Shown here in pieces: positions 22,601-31,000 of a stretch of 64,000 nucleotides of DNA; the stretch's first letter is position 1, and each line of letters begins with the position of its first letter. The notes under the pieces are model-generated. The model was not told the DNA's origin, did not search any database, and worked only from the letters and a program-made list of their open reading frames with translations. The position numbers and the translations under genes were made by a program. This DNA comes from a virus: IMG/VR virus record IMGVR_UViG_3300043427_001796, one strand, 5' to 3'.

Positions 22601-24803
22601 AGAAAGTATTGCAATTGCTAGTCCTTCAATTTTTGGAGGAATTATATACAATGTTGATGTCGCAACTCAAGGATCTGGATATACTAGTCCTCCATCTGTA
22701 GTAGTAAGAGGTATTGGTAATGGCGCTGGTGGAGCTTCGGTTAAAAGTATCATAGAAATTGATACTCCGGCAGTTAGAATGGGTGTTGCGGTTGATGATG
22801 CCGATCAAATTTCTAAAATTCCAACCAATTTTAAATTTGATTATCCAGTTTACTTACAAAATGATACAAATTATGCAATACAAATAGAAACAGACTCTAC
22901 TGAGTATAAATTGTGGTCTTCAAAACTTGGATCTCTTGATATTATTTCTGGGATACAAGTAAGTTCACAACCACTTATTGGATCATTATATAGATCTCAA
23001 AATACAGATACTTGGGTGGAAGATTCATTTGAAGATTTAAAATTTACGTTGACCAGGGCAAAATTCGATATTTCCAAAACAGCAACTTTAAAACTTGTTA
23101 ATGAATCCCTACCATATCAAAAGTTAAAAGTAAATCCATTTGAAACAAGTTCGGCATCTAATAGTAATGCCACATCAGATTTATTCAAAGCAAATAATTC
23201 TGTTGTCAAGGTAACACAAAGAAATCATGGATTTGAAGATACGGGACTTTCTCGCACATTCTTCAGGGGGGTTCAAGATTTCTCAGGAATCTCCGGAACA
23301 TCATTTAATAAAAAATTATATGCTATAGATTCTTGTGGCATAGATACATATACAATTATTTCTCCCACACAAGCAAGTCAAAGTGGATTTGGAGGGGGAA
23401 CATCTATATACGCTACAAAACATGTCAAGTATGAGAAATTATACGCTGACATTGCTTATTTACAATCTCCAAAAACAAAAATTGAAACTGAAGTGAGAAC
23501 TATTAATGTAGTTCCTGTAGATTCAAGAACTCAAAATTATCTTTCTTATAATATTTCAGATTTTGAAAAGACATTTTTAAATCAGGAACAATATTTTGAA
23601 ACTCAAAAATTTGTTGCTTCATCAATAAATGAAGTTTTAAATGATACTGGAAAATCACTAACTTATAAATTATCGCTTTCTTCTGAAGTTGATTATTTAT
23701 CTCCATTGATTGATTTACGTAATACAAGTGTAAAAACAACATCATCAAGAATTGATAACTCAACTGGTTATGAAGATAGATTTGGAAAGAGATATGAAGT
23801 TGTTAAATTTTGGCCAGTTTATACTTTTACAATTGATGCAATTGATATTAGTGAGGATCCAATTCAGGAAAATCAAACTCTCATAGGAAGATCTTCTAGT
23901 GCAGAAGGAACTATTGTAAATGTTTTTGGTAATGTAGTTACAGTTAGAATGAAAAATAATGGTGTGTTTGAAAGTGGCGAAGGATTAATATTTGGAACTC
24001 AAAATGGATTTAACGATGATTTAAATATTAAAATTTCAAACTCTGAATTTATTTCTGTAGAATTTCCACCATTTGATTTAGATGATAATGTAGTTGCTTA
24101 TAATGAAATTTCAAATATTAAGTATACAAATATTATCAATGGTGAGGTCATTTCTTGGGATAGTGCTACTGGAGAATTGGTGATTGGCGTAGAGAAGAAA
24201 CCAATTAATAATAATTACACAAGTGCTTCTTTACCTGATGGTGACTATGCAAGAAATTCAAATATAGCAAATCAAGATGATGATATTTTTAGAGTGAACG
24301 ATTACATTTATACTATAAACCCAACAAAATCCAATATTCAACTTGGCAAAGAAAATTATTTTAAAATTAAATCTACAGAATTTAAATCTGGAGTTGACTA
24401 TAGATCTGATATTGAAACTACTATCACTTCCTCAATTTCAAAATATTTGACAAAGGATATATTGTTAAATATTCCAGCAACATCAATAGATGTTAGATTA
24501 ACCGCAAATATAACAGATTCATCAAATGTTATAGTAATGTATAAAATTCTTGGAAGTTCTTCTCAAGAAAATTTATCTGATATTAAGTGGAATTATTTAC
24601 CAGCACATTTTGATGAAATTGAATTTAAGAGATCAAATTCTATTTCTGGGGTGTTTGAAAAGAGATCTGAATATAAAGAACTTAAATACTACATCAATGA
24701 TCTTGAGGAATTTAACAGATATGCAATTAAAATTATATTAAAATCCGACAACCCTAGTTTTTCTCCAAAAGTACAAGATTTAAGAGTTGTTGCTTCGATC
24801 TGA
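16605..24803 (+). CDS. DUF4815 / VrlC-like large virion structural protein
   Basis: NLNVSPYYDDF..VLFRPGRPVQTRELT, APGGHRLKI, LARRTYDESGDY, KRYTMRDIGKLEKRV, PLSQTF motifs. Confidence 0.88.
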   Translation: MAQNTNLNVSPYYDDFDGDKNFYRVLFRPGRPVQTRELTTLQSILQDQIEKYGNYQFKQGELVIPGEVGLNTRLNYVKLSSVSEVAVNVNGQIEFKKYDISGLEGEFLVGSTSGVRALVLSSTKETDSNSDTLFVSYVSNGDSNTESTFRQGETLEVLDGVNTPTLTVGTDGAVLPNFITIEDVDTGETNVVPSPAIGFASGVKIEEGVYFINGFFVRNSQQLIILDPYNNKASGKIAFNVLETIVTPEEDSSLYDNSRGTSNFSAPGGHRLKIELIAKKYSYTEILDKNSVELISIKNGLVEKKIRQKEYNLIEETLARRTYDESGDYVVSEFGFDIREYYQKNDNTGLYKLNSNTNLVNGLSETEASSKLIGTIGSGKAYVKGYELVNKETKYVTIDKSRDSITRPNVTIKNSGYSSFYITNLYGSVPLNAEGVELTAYPNVYMFGSLNDGNIGLNGLESDYANSVDLRGKLLSQQPNNIGPGVNAPDLDLTPSNIGVKTILINPSVDYLTYSSTYTPPVGSYIYIIKSVGFDETAQASRTLLVEKVRVISSAFVQSKKVNPSGNFNYIELKVVGKRDVVDSLLKEYDTEDPNVQRRIFIKESDAFDINDTLPGDSVRANYYWGTIVDYTETYSPLIGVCKPSNISFVEIGQGFNPLKDKVASRGISASGEEIYNSIYKFGYFNPVFFTKIILTSNFSNGFDVGKYITGSTSGAYGVVEGTPGGSYSSTNTLHIKVQQGQFVEGETIVDEDGNIAKIAKSNTLSHFVVHQQGFNYNANSVIVVNGTQFDKSKISVTRVSGGNSIAYVKIEDDIVRDVTYVNPPQVSVTEGTGSLITAVLFKNTVHTYNVSEVKSFYSSFGSGSEGQNIFTADVEVSNNLYSNFQNITTSTFSGTKGYDFLEINSLSVDLGQLLRQGDIVQYVENSGKVRKAVVVYATSSNTSVKSRVYLDATLRDNVTNSVLTKIYSSVENPNASSLISSGTTGISSIVKDITDSKITYYFRRDFVAEGSSSGGSLTFAAQLPFGTQRFVSFNKENYIMSVLYPGSSSTDNLFFKSGDIVEIKPEYVTISGSTDEISGLVAGSATITFPEEYFGTDMTEYPKVKLTTTIEVSKAKPKLKTAIKNKRIVITPSNDKVIPLRGQDYDTGELAILSYSDVYKLRYIYEGSLVSPPKVDANGTLIEGKDITSNFIFDDGQRPSFYDVSRIILKPGIQVPTGKIVIGFDYFEHSQGEFCSVDSYLHESGVPLEEIPSYESDKGNISLRDVIDFRPKVDSTVVISGFQNKTLLSSSNYISFNGAGGAPSVSLAADSNLEYSIKFDETSYLDRIDALFLNKSGEFFIKKGTSSKNPAKPDLVDDAIPLNYIYIPAITENSKDIKIFPVDNKRYTMRDIGKLEKRVERLEYYTSLSILEQQTLNMQIKDSFGFDKFKSGFLVDNFESHGVGNVSSDEYRCSIDPQQSVLRPEVYEDNVKLIESNSKEVERQLNGYVKNNDVVTLPYESTYLLGNSSATGVVNPNPFVVLQYVGDLNINPVVDNWYDTNIVPLVTNNNTNLFNIFISKENKPEDAYASIHNSFLINWTGVNSAFNSINSLSTKNTQEASSTSVEALISSSSNISPNNNEVAKGVPTKSSGEFYVCSSVQFFVRSIPVKFVVTRMKPNTVLYPFIDGRDVTRWTIPDSNFTGIPSSSLTSFGGPIVTDDNGSASGIILIPAGYPPKQGTTWNGDILDVSYDTTAEKIHLVAGQKNIRFTSSSTNAAKEELNTYAEINYYSRGLKPENPQSIVSTQPSYFKSNEGIQFVESNTDNLVRPNPLSQTFRIENYDGGLFVTGLDLYFNKKSQVIPIKIYLTDVNVGKPGKNIIPGSEVVLLSKTYLQVYSSGNISLNINDNLTGVKSGAVGPIEKILDKNGIEVTLFGGKTYNLTNEQVYTFVLSNHNGKSFVQDELLSSSSIVSFNATNNTNVQLKIAKDSGKVVSFEVEQSGSNYEGAIITIESPQLPGESIAIASPSIFGGIIYNVDVATQGSGYTSPPSVVVRGIGNGAGGASVKSIIEIDTPAVRMGVAVDDADQISKIPTNFKFDYPVYLQNDTNYAIQIETDSTEYKLWSSKLGSLDIISGIQVSSQPLIGSLYRSQNTDTWVEDSFEDLKFTLTRAKFDISKTATLKLVNESLPYQKLKVNPFETSSASNSNATSDLFKANNSVVKVTQRNHGFEDTGLSRTFFRGVQDFSGISGTSFNKKLYAIDSCGIDTYTIISPTQASQSGFGGGTSIYATKHVKYEKLYADIAYLQSPKTKIETEVRTINVVPVDSRTQNYLSYNISDFEKTFLNQEQYFETQKFVASSINEVLNDTGKSLTYKLSLSSEVDYLSPLIDLRNTSVKTTSSRIDNSTGYEDRFGKRYEVVKFWPVYTFTIDAIDISEDPIQENQTLIGRSSSAEGTIVNVFGNVVTVRMKNNGVFESGEGLIFGTQNGFNDDLNIKISNSEFISVEFPPFDLDDNVVAYNEISNIKYTNIINGEVISWDSATGELVIGVEKKPINNNYTSASLPDGDYARNSNIANQDDDIFRVNDYIYTINPTKSNIQLGKENYFKIKSTEFKSGVDYRSDIETTITSSISKYLTKDILLNIPATSIDVRLTANITDSSNVIVMYKILGSSSQENLSDIKWNYLPAHFDEIEFKRSNSISGVFEKRSEYKELKYYINDLEEFNRYAIKIILKSDNPSFSPKVQDLRVVASI

Positions 24804-25003
24804 TGAATAATTATTATAAAGTTCAGGGTCACGAAAACCTTTACCGTGACCCTAATACTGGTGCTATTGTGAGCACAGAAAAACCAAATAGGAACAAGAT
24901 AAAACAGCACTTAGATACAACTTCCACAGACATAAATAGTTTGAAGGAAGAAATAAGAGAACTCAAACTTCTGTTATTGGAGCACATTAAGAAACATGGC
25001 TAA
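24803..25003 (+). CDS. Small conserved structural/accessory protein
   Basis: KVQGHENLYRDPNTGAIV motif plus C-terminal coiled coil; overlaps both neighbours. Confidence 0.8.
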   Translation: MNNYYKVQGHENLYRDPNTGAIVSTEKPNRNKIKQHLDTTSTDINSLKEEIRELKLLLLEHIKKHG

Positions 25004-28000
25004 AAGAGAAGTAAAAAGATCATTTACGTTTGAACAACAACGCCAAGAAATCAATCTCCTAGCAGATGATTTGGGTGATAGAGCGCAACTTGATGCTTTA
25101 TCTACGGATGGTCAAAACTCTCTCGTAGGTGCTATTAATGAAATTATCGATACTCCGGTAGATGATGTTTTTGTCGATGAAATTGGGGTAAGCACACAAG
25201 AGCAAAGAATGATCTTTGCTGATGCTGCTTCATTTAAACCATCGGCTTCTTATGATGGAGCAGCAGGAACTAATCCAGAAAGTTTAGATTACTCAAGAAT
25301 TAAATATGATTACGGTGCTGGAACCGTATCAGATAGATTTACATATAATCCAAATAATAAACTCCTCAGAGTTAATAATCTAAAGGCTGATCTGAGAAAC
25401 AGAAATCAGGATGGGACTCTAAGTTCATTGGGTCAAGAAGTTCTTTCTGTTGGAACAAATGCCGACTCAGTGACAGAATCCGAAACAGCATTATACACTG
25501 GTCGTTTAAGAACAAAGATAACCAATGCTCCTATTGAGATTCAGCAGGACTTAATTAAGTTAGAAGAAAAAGCAAGAATGTCTCTTGCTAACAGTTCGGC
25601 AATTGATCTCACAACAGGAATTGATATTGGTGCTTATGTTAATGTAACTAACAACAAGAAAATTCTCTATGTAAGCGTAGATGATGAGAACGCATCTGAC
25701 TTACCAGAGAATGATGGTAGTAATATCAACAGACCTTTCAAAACAATTGAAAGAGCACTGATTGAGGCAGCAAAAAGAAGTTATGTAGGACCAGGAAAAG
25801 GTATTGAGCAAGGAGAACCCGGAGCTGACTTATTTGAGAATTTCACTATTCTTCTGTTCCCAGGTGAATATATTATTGATAATACTCCTGGAGTTAAGGA
25901 AGATGGAATCACTCCTTATACAGCAGCAGATATTTCAGAAGAGATTAAGAGCAGACCAGGAGAACCATATCACACCACTACTTCATTTGCTAATGAACTA
26001 AAGAAGTTCAATCCAAAAGAAGGTGGTCTGATTGTTCCAAGAGGAACATCTATCGTTGGTCTTGACCTTCGTAAAACTTTGATTCGTCCTAAGTATGTTC
26101 CAGATCCCGCAAATGATGAGGTTGGTAGATCAGCACTGTTTAGACTCACTGGTGCTTGCTATATCTGGCAGTTCACAATTAAAGATAATCAAACAGTTCC
26201 AGAAAGTCACCACAAATTAACTGGATTTGAATATGCTAACTATGAGCAACTTGAGGATTACTACAGAAAGATTGACAAGTATAGCAGAACCGATGAAGGA
26301 GCAGATGTTGGAGATAGATTCTTAGATGCTCAAAATCTGCTACTTGACAACAAGAAATTTATTGCTCAACTTGCTGTAGCAAGAACAGAGATTGCTAGTT
26401 CTGGTTTCAATGGTATTGTCACCAACACTACTGCTGCTGGTGATACTGTTGGTCAGGCATGTGCTGATGACGTTGAGTTACTAATTGAGCAAGTTGCTTA
26501 CAACCTTGCTTATGGTGGAAACGATAGAGTATATGATGCTGCTAAGTTTTATAAAGATAATATTGGAACCACAATTCAAGGCGAAGAAGAATTTTCAATT
26601 TTAGTATTTAATCAAGCAAGAGATATTTCAAATCAAGTTGTTTGTAATGTAACTGTTGATACTAGTGCTTTCTCCAACGGAACATTAAATTATACAGAAC
26701 CTGGAGGATTTAAGACTCAGGTATTTGACTATAATATTCTTCCAGATGCTACTGTAAATCCAGAAGATAATACAGATCCAAACAATTGTGCTAACGTAAG
26801 ATCTTCAATCACTACATTGTGGGAGATTCTTACAGAAACACTTCAGAGCATTATTGATGTTGGGGCAACAAATGCTACAATTGGAACCCCAGCAGTCACT
26901 AGAGCAACTCCAACCGATGCTCAGGATTACATTCAAAGAGTAGAAGAAAACAGAATCGTTGGTTTCGTTCAGAACAAATACCTCTCTGATACCGTTGCAT
27001 CTGCCTCTCCATACGTCTTCAACATCTCTCTGAGATCTGTATGGGGTATGTGTGGTCTGATGTCTGATGGTGCCCAATCCACGGGTCTACGCTCCATGGT
27101 GCTGGCACAATACACTGGCATTTCTTTACAGAGAGACGACAGAGCATTTATCCTAAATGGAGCAACTACAGATCAAGTAGAAGATCCAGATCAAAGACAC
27201 TCGGATTCTCTAGCGGAATACAGAGATGACTGGAGGCACTATCATGTTAAGTCCAGAAATAATTCCTTCCTACAGATCGTGTCTGTGTTTGCTGTGGGTC
27301 AGGCGGATCACTTCGTTGTGGAAACTGGTGGAGACCACTCAATTACCAACTCTAACTCAAACTTCGGTAACTCCTCATTAAGTGCTGTTTCTCACAGAAC
27401 GGAAATATTTAATCAGGATAATGGAGCATATATTGTTGGTATTGTTCCACCAAGAGGATTAAATCCAAATGCTGAGAGTAAGGTTAATATTTACAACATT
27501 GACTTTGGAACTACTCTCAAAAAGTTTAATGCTGCTGAAGTTGACGCTGGAGACACTAAAGGATTTAGAAAAATTTACGTTAAAGTAAATGGACAATCTT
27601 TAATTAAAGAAGCAGATATTCCAGAATATTATTCATTTATTCCGGAAACTACAACAGAACAAGCGGAACTTCTTGTTGATGATGTTAATTATTTGCTAGG
27701 CAAGAGAAGGTATTCAGATACTTATCCAGAAGCAATTTATGCAAGACTTCCAAGAAATTATGCAGACTCCACTCTAGCAACATTTGCTTCTAGATTAAGA
27801 GCTAATGGATATGTTTCTGGTGGAAATTCTGCCAAGTATGATCCAAGACCAACTTATTCGGAAGGTGTCATTACTGCCGATTCAAAATCAACTTCTTCAG
27901 ATCCTGTCCCAGCAGCAGCACAAATTGAAACATCAATTAAAAATTATTATATTTTAAATGATAATAACACGTCAGTAGAAACTCCAGATTTCTTTACATC

Positions 28001-31000
28001 TGCCGATCCTCTTGCATCAAACGCAAAACATATTGGAGTTCCAACAACTGGTGGTAATAGCACAGCAAGATTTAAATTACTTACTGGAAATAATCCAGCA
28101 ACCCAATTTACAATTGCTGTTTTAGAGTCCCCAATTAAAACTGTTGCAATCCAAGGTAATGCTGCTCCAACAACAGGAACTCCAGTTGTTTATAAGGGGG
28201 TTATTGGAACTCCAACTCCAGGAACAAATGAAGTTGCATATACTTATAATAGAAAAGCATTTAATCTTGGTGGAGAAACTGTTTCTCAAGGTTTAAATGC
28301 TACTTTTGAAATTACAAGAGTTAATGGAACTGTTGGTCAACAGACTTCAGGAAATTATGTTATTAAGGTATTGACCTCAGGCATTAATTATAATGTTGGC
28401 GATAGTTTTAGTATTCCTGGAACTTCTTTAGGAGGAATTTCTCCTGATAATGATCTAACGATTCATGTCGTCGCTGTAACAAACAGTGGAGAAGGATTTA
28501 AGAGAGGAAATGATTTTAGAGTCACATTTACAGACTCAACAGTTCCAGCAACTTCAAAAATTGTTAGATTATACATTAAGGATGCTACTCTTCCTCAGGG
28601 AATTTTTGTTGACACAAATGACCTTTATGAATTTGATTCCCTCACAAATGCTAACTATGACATTCCTAGTGGAGGTTTTGATGCTCAATACTATGTTGGA
28701 TTATCCTCAACAAATTCAGTTGATCCTTGGGATTTCTTGGGTAAATGGGGAGTTCCTGAGCAAGGAACCTATGATACTGTTGTAAATACAGAGTTTAGTT
28801 TTATTAGAACAAAAGGAGGCAGTGGATTTTCTGCTGCTAATGGATTCAACACTATTACTATTCCAGGATCAATATTCTATGGAACTGATAACGTAAATGA
28901 TTTGGTAATTAAAATTGATGCGGTTGGTGGTAATACAGTTACCACCAAAAATTATAATGATAATGGAACCACCCCAAAGCGTAGATATTATGGTTGGGAA
29001 TTTGCCAGAACTGTGGGATCTGAATATTATGGAAGACTTGTTCTGTTAGTAGATGATGAAAGAACTGGAGGAACTCAGATTATTGAAGGTGTTCCAAGTT
29101 CTTTTGCTTATAATAATGCAGGAACTAGATTTACTGGTTTTGGTAGTAATCAGCAAGGATATCCAGCAACAGCAACAACAATAGGTGGTCTAAATCAAGA
29201 CAGAACTATTACAACAATTGTAAATAATCTCAACAATACGTTCACCTTAACATTAGATAATCCTCCTGGAGTAACTAGAAGTCCATTTTATAAAGGAGAT
29301 GAAATTATTCTGTTAAATACGGCAAATATTGGCAATACAGCTTCGCTTGACGGAACTTATAAAGTTGTTACTGTTACGCAAGATGCTGGTAATGATTTAG
29401 TTACATTTAATGTTGCTGATATTGATTTGAATGCTATCACTTCTTGGCAAGGAACAGGAACGGCAAGAAAAATAAGTGAAGAAGTTACAATTGAAGTAAA
29501 ATTATCAATTCTTAGTGTTGGAGGAAACGAAGGAGAAGTTACAGCAATTTATCCAAGAGATTGGAACTTTACTATTGATGGTGATGAAGACTTGATTCCG
29601 GGAGAATTATCAGATCAAAACTTTGCAGTCGGTTGGGATAAGTCTGGTTCTGGATTCAGTTTTGATGATATTTTTCTATTAAATACTGGAGCAGGAACAT
29701 CCCTACTTCCAGAAAATACCATTACATTTAGTGCCGCCACACTAGAAGTATTACCAGCAAAAACATACAGTCCTTCATCAATTAAAGAATCTGGATATTT
29801 ACCAGGAAGTTCTCTTGGTGTAAGATATCTCCCTTATGATGAGACTCTTTCACTTGAAAATAATACGGTTACTTATGGGGCAGCTGATTCAACTGTAAAT
29901 GAAAGTCTGTCGTTGCTAAAGCGTATTACTCAAAGAGTAGACTCAAATGCTTCGGCTGCTCTTGAAAGCTCAGATGGATTTGAGTTTAACGATAACATTG
30001 TTAATACTCTTTACATGAAGAGGATTCAGGATACTAGATCTAGTAACGGAAACTCTGAACTTCTTTGGAGATTAATTTGTAAGCTTCCAAAAGATGGTTT
30101 CAATAACCTCAAACTCAGAGCACCTGAAGAAAAATTTGTAATTCATCTTAAGGATCCTGGACTTGGATTTGCTGATGAGACATTAGACTTCCCATTTGTA
30201 TATGATCATGCTGAAATTGGAAAGTTACGCAATGTTAAAGTTATCAGTGGAACAACTCAAGCATCAAGAAATAATGCTACCGTAACAATTTCAAATATTA
30301 CTTCTAGGCAGTATATTAAACCAGCAAGAAGAGGTGGAGATGGAGTTACATATTTAACTTACCCAACTTACAGTAGCACAATTGGAGCAGAAACTCTTGC
30401 TCCTTCTGGGGGATCATTTAGCGTTAAGTATGGACCAACTGGTATCCCAATTTCTGCTACTGTTGTATCTGAAGGTAAGTGTTATAATAATGGGGATAGA
30501 ATTATTCTCAATGATGGTTTAAGCGGAACTATTACACTAGAGGTAACAAAAGCAACAACTACTTATCCAAGAAGTTTTTATGTTCAAAAGGTAGAGCCAA
30601 TTGTAGAATATGAATATAATGTGAGAGATGGATACTATCTGCTTACAGTATTAGATGGTAATATTCATACTTATTATAATCAGCAGACTAATACTAATTC
30701 TGAAGATGATAAGAGAATTGTTTATGGTAAGCAAAGATTAATTGGTTTTGAAGATCTTGATATTCCACCAGATGGAATTCTTTCTGAAATTAATCATCGT
30801 AAGCAAGATGCCTCTGACCTGATTGAAAAGAATAGATTATTCATTCAAACAGAGGCAAACGGATATCTGAAGAATGCTTTCCCAGGATTTACGAATCCAA
30901 GTGAAAACAGATGTAAGAGAGATGTTGGTTACTTACTCAATGCTTTAATTAATGATCTCCGTTTAGGCGGAAACAACAATGTAATTAATACAGCACAATA

